DNA of 64,000 nt. Origin: the human T2T-CHM13v2.0 reference genome, Homo sapiens. The position numbers and the translations under genes were made by a program. Each line of letters opens with the position of its first letter. The stretch's first letter is position 1. The DNA lies in the NCBI RefSeq assembly GCF_009914755.1, contig NC_060933.1; one strand, given 5' to 3'. Of the stretch, positions 30,811 to 44,644 are shown piece by piece. Below the pieces are notes generated by a model, which was not told where the DNA came from, did no database searches, and saw only the letters and a program-made list of their open reading frames with translations.

Positions 30811-32924
30811 CATGCACACAAGCACACGTATACACACACGAATTTATTCTCTCATAGTTCTGGATTTCAAAAATCCTAAAACCTAGGGGTTGGAGGGCTC
30901 TGTTCCTTCTGGAGGCTCTAAGGGAGGCTTCATTCCATGCCTTTTTCTGGCTACTAAAGGCCATCTGCCTTCCTTGGCTTTGGCCCCTTCCTCTATCTTC
31001 AAAGCCAGCAGTGACTTCAAATTCCTGTCTCAGTGATGTCTGCTTCAGTCATCACATCGTCTTCTCTGACTCTGGCCCTCCTGCATCCCTTATTATAAGG
31101 ACCCTTGTATTACATTGGTTCTACCTGAATAGTCAAGAACACTCTCCCGATTTCAAGATCCTAATCCCATCTGCAAAGTCCCTTTTGCCATGTCAAGTAA
31201 CATATTCACAGTTTTCAGGGATTCAGAGGGGGACATCTTTGGGGGGCTATCACTCCATCCACCACACCCTGACACCCCTTCAGTGAACTCCTTTTCTTCC
31301 TTCAGTTAGCCAGTGTCTGTTGCTTGCAACCACAGAACATTAATTGATAAAATACTTCCTGTTTTTCAGCACTGTATTTTGAATGAAGAATGTGAAAGTA
31401 ACAAGCAGGACTTGGTGATTTCTTGATCCTGATGGAGAATGACTAAGGAAATCTGCAGGAATTTCACATTTAGCACAATGCTTTCCCCAGGAGCAAGGAA
31501 GCCTGGAGAGCAGATGCTTAGGAAGTGTCTGACAGCTGAATGAGTCACGGGGTGAGAAGAGAAGGAAAGTTTAAAGCCTTTAATCAGAGGATATAGAAGC
31601 AGGGATAAGACTGAACAGAGAGGAGCAAGGAAGCAGGAAAATATATTTCATATAAAAATCTAAGTTAGAAGGCAGGTTAGCACACATAGCATAAAAGTTG
31701 CTAATCCCCCTTCTTTGTCAGGTGACACTCTCCTACTGTCAAACCTGAATCTGAGTCAGAGGTCACCTTAGCCCCAGGAAGTCCTTCTGATGTTCCCAGA
31801 GAGAATTAACAGCTTTCTCTGTTCCACAAATATATACTGGGTGCTTACTGTGTTGCTCTGAACACATGCAGTCGCAGAAAATTCTTCAAAAGAAGGAACC
31901 TGCTTTTGCCACTGTCTAAAAGTGCCTGGGACACATTGGGGGTTCACATGCTAGCCACATTTTTAAAAGCCATGGGCCAGCACAGCTAAAAAGAACTGTT
32001 TGTTTGCTTTAGACATTAGCATTCAAAGCCATCTTTATTTATATTCCATTTCATACAGACCCTTCAATGTATTTTTAAAAATCAAACTTGGAATCACAGC
32101 ACTTTTGTATGCCCCAGGAATCTATTATAGCTCAGTAACTTTTAGGACCAGTTTACCAAAACCTGGCATTGGTTTTCACAGGTGCATTTCTTGCAAGCCA
32201 AACTGGCCTGACAAGGAAATAAATGCTCACTTGCAGGGTCATTTCTAGCTCTGATGGGCCAGGCCACTTCATTTCCCAGAGCCTCTTAAGGAGGAAGCTA
32301 TTTGACTTTCTGCGTCAACCAAACTGTCAGTGTTACCAATTCCTTTGACTTTGACCTAGAAATTTTATTCATGCAAAATGGAGTGAGCTCGGTTTTCTTT
32401 TTTTGTTTTGTTTTTTTGTTTGTTTGTTTTTGGAAGTCATGGTTCCTGGAAGAGCGGAGAACACTCTTTGTTTAATATATCACCTTAGGGTTCAGATATC
32501 ACTTATATTTCATTCTCAAAAGCCATCGTATGAGTCAGCCCTGTCTTTACAGGTACTGTGTTTGTTGAAAGGGGAGAGGGTTGTTTGCTCATCCAGGGTG
32601 GAGAAACCTCTGAGAGTAGCTGGATATTGCCTTTTTCCTCCACCCTCGGGCTATGGCCTGTAGTCAGTACACAGTGGGTAAACCGCAGGTTGCCTAAAGC
32701 AACCATGATAGCCAGAGTTGCCTGCAAAAGCACATTGTCATTTGGATGGCAACACTGGATTTTAATTATGACCATCCAGAGTCACTGCCTTCCATACCAA
32801 GACCTTGACTTCCTAAAACAACACACTATAAACTACGTCTTTTATAATCAGGGAAACATCAAATATGAGTAAAATCAATGCCTCTTCTCCCCTAAAAGGA
32901 TAAGGAAACCAGTACAAAGTCAGG

Positions 32925-33221
<297 letters not shown>

Positions 33222-34218
33222 CCAAGTCAGTTTTAAGCTCAGCAAAACTCCCCATCATTTTCCTAACCTTTGTGATCAAGTCCTAAGAAATTTCCTCCTG
33301 TAAAATTAAGTTTCTAGGCTAGGGCTTTGCACTGAAGGGGACTGATGTGTTCACATTCTTGAGGGAGTACAGGTAAGATTCACAACAAAACCAGCACAAT
33401 CAACCTACAGACATACGTGGTGAGCATAATTTCACATTTTCTATGTGCCACAGAATTATTCTTCCTCTTTGCTTATCTGCTGGGAAAATGGCATGGCATG
33501 GCTACCAGGTGTCCCACATATTCCAGGACAGCCCTGATTTCTTGTATTCTTTCCTGCTGTCCCCCACATCTGCTCACTCTTGTCCAAGCCATGTGAACCA
33601 GTGTCTGCTTCAGAATGAAGGGCAGATGTAGTGTAGCACAGGGCAAGAGAAGTAACCTTTTTGAAGACCCGTTCACTCATGGGACAAACAAAGGTAATAC
33701 TTAGGTCACACATTAAAAAAAAAAAATAAGATTATGACAAAGTTATTAGGAAGATACTATTACTTATTAATATAAGCATCCCACACATGAGCAAATTTTC
33801 AGAGAATTAAGAAATTCTAGAATTGAAGTGGCTCTTAAACCCTTAGAAAAGCACAGGCCAAGCATCCAAATAGGTAAGGATGACATGTCACACACATTAG
33901 ACATATTTTTATTTTAAAATTGCTATTACCACAGGCCAGAGCATAAATAATACAACAGACCTCTTTTGGGGGGCAAAAGATTCCACGTTCTTCTATAGGA
34001 ATAAAGAACCACGGGTCACAACCTTGAAAGACTCGGCAAACTTAAAGTCATCTCATTTTTAGTGATAGACAGTGAATGTCCAGGTTAATTTCCTCTTGCC
34101 CTCCAGGAAGGCAGACAGTGCACTGAAATACTGCATTTTCAGGACGATCACACGCTGTTTCCGAGTAGAATCATCCTGATCATACCCTTCCTACAGCAGG
34201 TGTTTTCCCTACTACATA

Positions 34219-34266
34219 GGCCTCCCAAAGTGCTGGGATTACAGGCATGAGCCACCACACCCAGCC
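34219..34266 (-). mobile_element. Orphan 48-bp Alu 5'-end fragment
   Basis: ggcctcccaaagtgctgggattacaggcatgagccaccacacccagcc with no body or tail. Confidence 0.85.
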
Positions 34267-34884
34267 TACATCAAATTGCTTCTTAATATCAAGTTGTCCT
34301 GGTTGAGTTGAAGGCTCCATCCTTGTCCACAAATCTTTGAGTATCTGGTGTGAAGTTACAGGAAGATAGAGTACTAGGATTTTTAAAAAAGAATAGATTT
34401 TTCTCTCATTCTCTCTCCCTCTTTTAAATCTGGGCACCAGAGGGGCCAACTATCCAGGCCTTAGAATCAAATGTCCCTAGACTCAAATTCTGGTCCCTCC
34501 CTCTCTAGCTGTATGATCCTAGGGGACTCCCATTAGACTCAATTTCCTCAGGCGTCAAATGAAGATAATTAACAATACCTACCTCTACCTTGGTTTGTTA
34601 GGGTGAGAAGCATAGTTTATGGAAAACATTCAGTACAGTAGTATGTCATATGGTAGCATAGTGCGTGGCTCTCTTTGATCAAACATGTCTCTTAGATTAG
34701 TCCAGATTATTGTTCTATCTGGTAAATCCACTCCCTGCTCAAAAACCTTTATCAGCTCTCCATTCTAACAGGATAATTTTAAACATCCCGTCTGGCACTC
34801 AAGATCCTCTGACCTGCTTTCTAGATAGATTTCCCATAATACTTCTCATGCACCCAACAGCCTAGCTCTCTGTGAACCACTTGA

Positions 34885-35206
<322 letters not shown>

Positions 35207-36339
35207 ATGTCCAGCACTTTCTTCTGTCAGCCTGGGGTGCTTGAATCCATTCCTAACATCTAAGTAGGAGGTTGTGAACTAATAACTGTGTAATTGTGTG
35301 GTGTGTGTGTGTGCTTACACGCGCATGTGTTAACCCTGATGGCATAAGTGAAGGACAGTGAATGACCATGTTAACTTGCTCTAAGAGATAAGGCTTGCTT
35401 TTATTAGTTGTCAGAAATTGGCAGATTTCACTGAAAAGTAGATTTCTAGATTCTCATAGTATAAAAGATCTGTGTAAGATCTGGTCCCTTTGGGTCTATG
35501 TTCCCAGGGAGTAACATTAAATTTGCCGGGGTAGTGGCCACCCCTTTGGGGGAGACAAGCTTTCTCCAGTTTACCCCAGTCACCACCACTCCCTATAGCA
35601 CCACACCAGCCTGAATGACTCATGAAGTTATTCCCTGCTTCCTCTCTAACCATTCGAGTTTGTAATCTCTGATCTAATTCTTACAGATCTTCAACCCTTC
35701 ATAAATTCTTTCTTGATTTTTCTGTGTTATAAGTACTTTTCCTTCCTCTTTTTTAGCTCCATATGTCACTGGTCTCCTTGCTGTAGGATCCTTTATCTTC
35801 TTGCTTTATTGCCCTTCCTGAAGGACAAACCACTTGACACAGAACTCATAACTGGACTGTGCCTGGTTTAGCACCAAATACAAGCAGGCATTTGATTAAC
35901 ACTTTTAACTGAACAAAAAAACAGGTATGTAATCATGGGAAAGTCACAGCTCACAAAGTATGCAGGCTTTTCTTCCTGGGCTGGGCTGTTTCAATGATCA
36001 ATTATTCCTAGAAAAAGGCATTAAGGGAGCTGGGGTAGAGGGCAGGGGGAAGGTCTACTGTGGGGGAGAAGGAGTTGCACTTATAATAGCCTAATGCTCA
36101 ATTTCAAACTTTGTCCTAGATTCATATGCAGGAAAAACAATTCTTGATACTCTAATAAGAGATGTGTTATAACTCTACACTTGGTTAGCACTTAATTTTG
36201 TTCTGTGTGTTGTCAGAGATGTTATTCCCTTAGAATCACACAAGAACCATGAGTAGCAAGGCAGTGTTATTACCTCCAATTACAGAGGTAAAAGCTGAAG
36301 CTGTAGTCTGCATGATCAAAATACCCTCCCTAACATTCC

Positions 36340-36613
36340 TTTTTTTTTTTGAAACGGAGTCTCACTCTATTGTCCAGGCTGGAGTGCAGTGGTGTGATCT
36401 TGGCTCACTGCAACCTCTACCTCCCAGGTTCAAGCCTCCCAAGTAACTGGGATTACAGGCGTGCACTACCACGCCAGGCTAATTTTATATTTTTAGTAGA
36501 GATGAGGTTTCATCATGTTGGCCAGGCTGGTCTCGAACTCCTGATCTCAGGTGATCCACTCACCTCAGCCTCCCAAAGTGCTGGAATTACAGGTGTGAGC
36601 CACCGCCCCTGAC
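36340..36613 (-). mobile_element. AluS with internal deletion
   Basis: junction 'ggttcaagcctccc' at ~36434. Confidence 0.92.
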
Positions 36614-39600
36614 TTTTGAAGGCTGAAGGAGATGCAAGGCCTCCTGGGGGCAGGGCAGCCAGCTGCTGTGAGCTTGGAGCCTGACAGCAACCTGTCAATT
36701 TGCACCATCTAAGCTCTGATCAGGGCTGTCACAACACATCCTGCAAAGAATCACCATCGCTGTCTTTCCAACACATTCTCCTTTTCAGCTATGCTGTCCA
36801 AGGACACATTGGCAATGCAGAGCAAGGCTGAAAGAAAAACAAGTAGAAGTCAAATGTGCATGTAGTTTTAAAAGCTTGCTTGAAAGTGTTCTTTTTACTC
36901 TTCCCTCCTAGTGAGCACACGAGAGTCTGATCATACTGGAGCTGCCTTATATTGTACAATGAATGGTTCACCATTTAGAAAGTGCTTTGTAGAACTGCTT
37001 CCTTTTTGCCTAATGTATCAGAATCTAAGAAGCCAGTTCACAAGCAAGGCCTCATCTGCTGGATTCTCTGTAGCATAGGGGAGGTGATATGGCTGGGCAG
37101 GGAGGGGTGAAACTCCATCGTGGCACAGAGTGAATAAATTGAAAACAGTTACAGGAATAAGGAAATAAGTCAGCAGCAACACAGTGGAGCAACAGAGTCA
37201 AAAAGTCTTGAGTATAGAACTGGGAATTCAGAGGCTGGGGCAGGCCCATTCTTTAAATCTAGGCTCTTGTTTTTCCAGATAGTCAGCATTTCTAGTCAAG
37301 ATGGAGACCAGGTCTGCCTCTGCCTTTTCTGCCAGGGCAGACACTTCAAAAGCCCACCAGCACTCTCCAGCCACTCCACATCGGCTCCGAGTGTGGAAGG
37401 AAAAGGCAAGTTTCCATGAACTATCTACTGCTGTGGTCTCCAGCTGGCCCTAAATAGAACAAGCACCAAAAACAAATCAAAATGAGTTTTACACCCAAAG
37501 TGTCAAGTATTTACAGGTAGTCTGCTGAGTTCTGAAGAACTTGAGCTGAGGTGACACTCGAAGCTATCAAGCTTGTCAGTTGGAAAAATGTCCTTTTTCC
37601 TAGTCTCTCTCCATTGTGAAAGGGGCCCCACGCTCAATTTGAAAGTGTAATGGTTTGGCTGTTGTCTCTAAAAGGTGAAAGGACTTGAAGGACTTATCAA
37701 GCATAATGAGAAGCCCTCTCCTGAGTTTATAACTAGAAACTCTTTCTTAGAGTGGAAGACATTAGACTTGGCCTTGGCCCTACCAGATTTGCTCAAGTTT
37801 CTGGGCAATGATAGGGCCTTCTCCGTGTGCATGGGAGAGCAGCCCACATTGAATAAGTCCATGCTCACTCTAAACACCTGTTTTTGTTTCAAGCAAGGAG
37901 AGACTCATGTTGTCTAGGAACACTGTGGGCCCTTGGGAACAGGAAATAAGTGAGCAGTATTTTGTGTAAAATGTGGGGAATTAAATGAAGCCTTTCCTGT
38001 TGCCTCGCTCATTTCACCTTTTACAAGAAACCATCTCTGACCACTTCCAAACAGTCGCACTTTCCACCCCTTGCTTGGCACTGGTTACAGAATGCTATAG
38101 GGTGGAGCTGTTTGCCATGTCTCAAGCTCATCTTAGACTATTTGCTGCTGTTGCCACATCTTTTATATTTGCATTCTCCACATCACTTGGCACAGTCCAG
38201 CAGTACAGAGCTGATGCTTGGTGAATATTTGTTAAGTTAATGTTTGGATTTATTCCTTGGCTTAGGTCATCAAGGAATTGAGGAGACTAGGTGGATAAAT
38301 TATAAATGGGAATGTGCCTGCTCAACACCAAAGAGGCCATCATAGCTTCGTGAGCACAGAAGATGATTCTTCATGACAAATGCCTTCAATATTTCTTTCC
38401 AGCTCTTTGTGAATACTGAGAACCACCATTTATTGAGGGCTGCTGTGCTGAGTGCAACATACACACACCTCATCCTGTAGAAGAGGAAACCGGAGGTTAT
38501 TTAACTTCTCTGAGCCCTTCCCACAGAGTTAGGAAGGGGCACCAGTGGGTTTTGGCCTCAAAGCCCGTTTTTATCCAGCCCATCATACTACTCCCTTCCG
38601 AACTGTTGTTCTCGAAGCAAGATGCTGATTGTGTGATTATAAAACATTGCGCTTCTCATTTCCTTTCCCTTCCTGCTACTCTCAACTAACCCACGCTATC
38701 ACTTGACAGGCATGTGAATAGGATAAAGTAAATCTGGGCAGCACCACAGGCAGGAAATGAATTTTACCATAGCAGAATTCAAATTGCAACCATTGTATTC
38801 TCTCAAGAGAGAGAGAGATAAGACGCACTCAAGGCAGTTAGGGATGTTTTCAAAAAACAAGCACCTCTTCATGGACTGGGCTAATTTTTTTTAAAAGCAA
38901 AAACAAGATATGAGTCCTTTGGAAGATTGCCCAAGCACAGGGCTACATTTGTCTCCCAGGATAAGGAGAATAGAGATGGCACACTGGGGCTCCCTCAGAC
39001 CTGCAGGGAGGGAGCTGGTATCTCCCCTGCAGGTCTAGAGTTCACAAATGCATTTCTAAGTGCACTGCGTATAAAAAACATCTGGCATCACACATGCTTC
39101 TGAACATAAAAATAAAGGCCACTTCATATTTTTCTGCAATATGACAGCCTTCTCTCTGAATGCCAGTTACACCTAAGCTCATCATTTATAGAGGTCAATA
39201 AACAAATGTCATTGACTGCATCAAGCAGAAACGTAAATATTGAGATTAACAAAAAGATATAATTTTCTGAGTGACTGAAATTAAGCCATGTTCATTGAGC
39301 TGATTATAACAACTTTCAAAGGATGACAGTGTTTTACAGTGATTTTTTTTGTTTCTGAAAAGAAACTTGTTGCATATAACATTGTATTGCACAACTGATT
39401 TTTGTTGTTTTACCTAGGATTAGAAACAGGTCTGAGAAATCACAAAAACTCCCTTTTAACAAAGGTTCTTGCTGTACCCTACGCCTCCTCGCCTACACCT
39501 CCCTCCTGCATCCCATAATAAGTGCCTCTGATGCTGTGGTGTGATATGGCATAGACTATATGCTTGTTGGGGGCATATGTCAGGTGGCGACATGCGGGGA

Positions 39601-39661
39601 AAGGAATAGGAAGAAGAGATTATACCGATCCCAAAATGATCCAAAAAGGAGAAAAAGGAAG

Positions 39662-40128
39662 TGTGAAAAGAAAATAAATCTTGGGCCCCCAAATCTCTCA
39701 GCTATAGGGAAAAGTCAAGCTGGGAACTGCTTAGGGCCAAGCTGCCTCCCATTCTATTCAGTCACCCCTCTGCTCACTGAGATAAATGCATATCTGATTG
39801 CCTCATTTGGAGAGGCTAATCAGAAACTCAGAAGAATGCAACCATTTGTGTTTTGTCTACCTATGACCTGGAAGCCCCTCCCCACTTCAAACTGTCCCAC
39901 CTTTGCTTCGAGTTGTCACACCTTTCCAGACGGAACCAGTGTTCACCTTACATTTGTTGATTGATGTCTCATGTCTCCCTAGAATGTATAAAACCAAACT
40001 GTGCTCTGACACCTTGGGCACATGTCAACAGGACCTCCTGAGGCTGTGTCATGGGTACACATCCTCAAGCTTGGCAAAATAAACTTTCTAAATTAACTGA
40101 GACCTGTCTTAGATTTTCTGGGTTCACA
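39662..40128 (+). mobile_element. MER4A1-like solo LTR (ERV1)
   Basis: tgtgaaaagaaaataaatcttgggcccccaaatc...ctgggttcaca; AATAAA near end; flanks gaag/gaaa. Confidence 0.85.
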
Positions 40129-40606
40129 GAAACTTGGGCATTTTACTATCTTATTTCAAGTCTTGAATGTCAAGCCTGGTGGAGTTTGTTGAACAATGTT
40201 ACAGCTATTGGCAGCACTCCCAACAAACAACATTCCTCAGGACCTAACTTGACCCATCAGAACTGCTCTGACAAACCAAACGTCTTGCCCTTTTAGTTCC
40301 TTCTAGAGATGTTGCATTTGTACCATGTAAAACCCTTTTCGTCTCATAGCCTGAGTCTCTGGAGAAATGATGAACAAATTTAGCAAAAAGGGCTGTAATT
40401 CATCAGCCTTGAGTGGACACAGTATAACGTTAAAGACAAAACTGAGTTTTGAAAACAAAACCAGACACCATGCTCAATCATGTTGAGGAACTTGATGAAC
40501 AGCTTCTGCCCCAATTCAAATGATTCTTTTTCTGACCCATTTTCTTCAATAAGCTTTTAAAATATCGGTCTTGCCTATGGTTCTATCTTCAGTGCTCGTC
40601 TTGGTA

Positions 40607-40690
40607 TTAGGTTGGTGCAAAAGTAATTGCGGTTTTTGCCATACTTTAAAAAAAGTGGCAAAACCCGCAATTACTTTTGCACTAAATGAA
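40607..40690. mobile_element. MADE1 (Hsmar1 mariner MITE), palindromic
   Basis: ttaggttggtgcaaaagtaattgcggtttttgcca...tggcaaaacccgcaattacttttgcac, flanked by TA on both sides. Confidence 0.92.
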
Positions 40691-40783
40691 TAGAATCTTT
40701 TCCAAGAAGACAGAAAAATAAGCTATTTGATAAAACTCTCCCATAAAATTTCTCCAGTAAAATTTTCTATTAAAAAACTTTTA

Positions 40784-41078
<295 letters not shown>

Positions 41079-41884
41079 TCAACATATGGAACCTCTTTCC
41101 TTTCATCTATACTAAAACCTTGCTGGTATGTTCCTTAGTCCATTTAGACTTTTTGTGCTAATTTGGCAGTAAGTTATGGGGCTGGGCAAAGAACTCTATT
41201 ACTTTTAGGGGTTCTATCACCCAAAAAGTTTGGAGCTCACACTAGTATACTTCTGAGTGAGCACTCTTTGTATTCCCATACCTAGGGAAGAATGGGGTAC
41301 ACTAGACAAATATTTGTCAATTGAATGAACAAATAGAAATCCAATTTATCATTCCAGGTCCAGCTCCAAATCCACTCCCATGAAGACTTCTCTAATCACC
41401 AAAGTCTGCAGTGATTTCTGACCCCTCATGTAGTTTATCACGTTACACATTTCTCTCTCCAGTTATAAATTACCTCCTCAGAGCAGGTTTGGGGTACTCC
41501 TTTGTATCTATTACAGCACCTGGTATTCTGCCTCAAAGACAGTGCCCTCTGCTCATGAACACATCAGAGAAAACATAAGACGCAACTTTCCCTCAAATCC
41601 AGAAAACCAGAGGATTTACTGGCATATATGTGGAGATTCCCAATGCTCCGGAAACTCAAGTAAAAAGCAGGGAACTAGGGCCAAGCCATTCTTCACAGAG
41701 TTCTTAGTAATTCCTGATCTAACCCTGACTGGAAGGCAAAATAGCAGCTGGTTTCTGGGAAAAGAGCCAAGAGGGTGCTGTCCTTCCAGCTGTCTACACT
41801 CCAATCAGCTGCTTTAAAGAGTCGTCTTTAGGAGCCCCCAATTAAGGGAAAAACACCATGGTAAGTACTAAGTTTGATTGACCA

Positions 41885-42260
41885 GTTCATTCAATACCAT
41901 GATCCAGTCATTATTTATTTGTTGAGCACCTATTATGTCTAAATAATAAACCATGAGCTGGAGATATAAACAAGAACACCACTGCCTCTGATCTCAAAGG
42001 GTTACAGGACATCAGGGGAGACTGACATGTAAATATTTATTAAGCAATGTAAGAAATATGAAAATATATAAACACTCTACTACAAGCATTCAGAGAGGGA
42101 AATAACTTACTCACTTGGAAGGGTCAGGAAATTTTTCAGAGTAATTGATATTAGAGTTCAGTTTGGCAAAATGGATGAGATTGTTACCAGATGTAAAGTA
42201 AGGAAACAGTACTCTAGACGATGATGACAACATTGGCAATATAATAGCATAGCTGGAACA
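41885..42260 (-). mobile_element. L2 3' fragment
   Basis: 'tttgttgagcacctattatg...gctggagatataaacaagaac'. Confidence 0.6.
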
Positions 42261-42994
42261 AGCACTGCTATTAACATCTTTGTTGTTTGAATTTATTCAT
42301 CAAGTTATTAGGTCATTCGGTAAAATAAAGACCCTGGAAGAAAAAGCCACAGAACGGAGAATTTTTGAATAGGGGGAAGGAGAATGGCAAGGCCCCTCTG
42401 CTGGGATTCTGAGCATCCCTGTAAGGGATAATGGGCCGTTCCTGCTACACAGAGGGTAGTAAATGAGGACTGAACCCGGCCCAGTGGATTTATTCTGAGC
42501 AGTAACCTTTTTCCAGTTCCCACAAAGGGAGTATGAAAGCTCATTGTGACTTTGTCAGTAAACAATTTGATAGTCATACAGAAAACAGGGCTGAGTAGAG
42601 GCAAATGCCAGTTTTGTAATTTAGGATAAGCATATGCCAGCCCCGGGGAGCCTGCCATGATCTGCTTCCGGGAATGGCTTGGTCAAGTACAGATGCATTG
42701 GGAGGGTGTGCTGGGCAGCGCGCTGACATGCCGTCGGGCCTCCTTCAATCTATGGCATTTCTCCTAGTGAGACATCCCTTCCGTTCTCCATCACACCAAG
42801 TTACATTGAGGTTTAAGATTATAGGTGTCCGTCTCCCAGGATGAGGTGGCTAGTGACAGGAATAATGACAATTAAATTTTAAAATCTAGCAAAACAAAAA
42901 ATTGTAACTATAGAGTATGCACTGACATCATAAAGTATCTCAATTTTAAAAGCAAGGTAACAATATTTCCTTTTTCTATTAAAAGTCAGTGATC

Positions 42995-43110
42995 TGCATG
43001 TATAATTAGCTTGATTTAGCCATTCCACAATGCATACATACTTTAAAACATCATTTGTACACCATATATTGATTTTTGTTTGTCAACTAAAATAAATTAA
43101 TAATAATAAC
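42995..43110 (+). mobile_element. L1MA-like extreme 3' end
   Basis: 'taattagcttgatttagccattccacaatgcatacata...tgtcaactaaaataaa'. Confidence 0.7.
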
Positions 43111-43640
43111 AAAAGCCAGCTATAAACAGCATGAATGTCCTTGTTTGAGGGCCTTTTCACAACTCTCTGGTTAAAAATGTATTGGAAGCCCAGATTTGAT
43201 TCTGATAGTGCAGTTAAAGGAGAGAGGAAAGCCAAAGTACACCCCTTTTCTTCCGTGCAATTCGCACCAGTAATTTTTTTCCCAAACCAGCTATTTTTAA
43301 AGACGGTCACGTCCCTATTTTGACAATAGAGTTCAAGAAAGAGCTTTCATCAGTAAAGACAATTTTTTAAACCATTTTTTCTTGTGAAACTGTGAGAGCA
43401 ATTGATTTCTCCTTTAACTGCTACCTGGCGTACACAGGTATGAATGAGTATTCTCCTTGGCACAGGTGGGAAACTTGTAGTCTCCAGTCTTTCCTGCACA
43501 GGCCCAAAAGATACAAACTCTCTAATGTGTGTCACATGGCACCCCGGCGTTGGCAAAACCATACTCGGTCAGTTTCCTTTAAGAAACTCAGGGTAGACCA
43601 GAGAGCAAGATGAGGAATGAGAGTGTGAAAAACAGATTAG

Positions 43641-43950
<310 letters not shown>

Positions 43951-43966
43951 TTAGGAGTGAAGAAAA

Positions 43967-44325
43967 TGATAGACACAGGAGGCGGATAAGGAAAGGGTCG
44001 TCCGAGAATCTCCGATGCGCCTGCGCACTGGGAAAAAAGAAGGTGGAGCTACGGGAAGTTCGCGCCTTGTGCAGGGGGAGGAGCGTGGGCTCTTCAGCTC
44101 GTGTGTGGTGGCCTGGTATTCAATCTGTGAGGTGGGAGCCCTTGGCAGGAACCCCTCTTGCTTTGCTGAGACGTTTTTTTGTTGTTGTTTTTGTTTTTTT
44201 GTTTTCTTTTTTCCTTTTGCCCAATAAATTCCATTCCCCTCACCCTTCAATGTGTCTGTGTGCCTAACTTTTCCTGGTCGTGACACAAAAACCGAGATTT
44301 AGCTGAACTAAGGAGCAAAAAGATC
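43967..44325 (+). mobile_element. MER61-family solo LTR (ERV1), CpG-rich 5' half
   Basis: tgatagacacaggaggcggataagg...gggaagttcgcgccttgtgcag...caataaattcc...ttagctgaactaaggagcaaaa. Confidence 0.75.
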
Positions 44326-44447
44326 TAGTGTTCTTTGGCTAGGAAAGAGAAGTGAAAGAAAGAATCTTTTACTCAAGATTAATCAGACACTAACATCAGC
44401 GTTCACAGATATAAACCTCATTTACGCTAATAGAACACACGTTATTT

Positions 44448-44644
44448 GAATAAAGCTCTCTGACCTTATATGTTTTAGGAATGAAGAGTTCCAGTATTTT
44501 CATATTGGGAAAACAATGCATATTTGTGTAACAATAGAAATTCTATTCTTTCTACTCTGCATAGAAAGAGACATCATTTGCAGGAGTAGGTAGCTCTCCT
44601 GAAACAGGAAATGGAATGAAAATCAAGTGAGTTTAGGAAGAGCA
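44448..44644 (+). repeat. 197-bp unique segment, donor of a local direct duplication
   Basis: 194/197 identical to 46393-46589. Confidence 0.95.

Larger units (their letters stand above)
29184..31266 (-). mobile_element. MLT1C/D MaLR LTR split by an L1 (pieces ~29184-29230 and ~30838-31266)
   Basis: 'taacaaattaccacaaactcagtggcttaaaa' continues at 'aatttattctctcatagttctgg'. Confidence 0.75.

Noticed and set aside
39560-39964. 134-aa ORF
   Set aside because: Mostly read-through of a MER4A1 LTR; no homology recognised.
42308-42658. 116-aa minus-strand ORF starting beside the CpG patch
   Set aside because: No recognisable domain or splice structure; length is within chance expectation.
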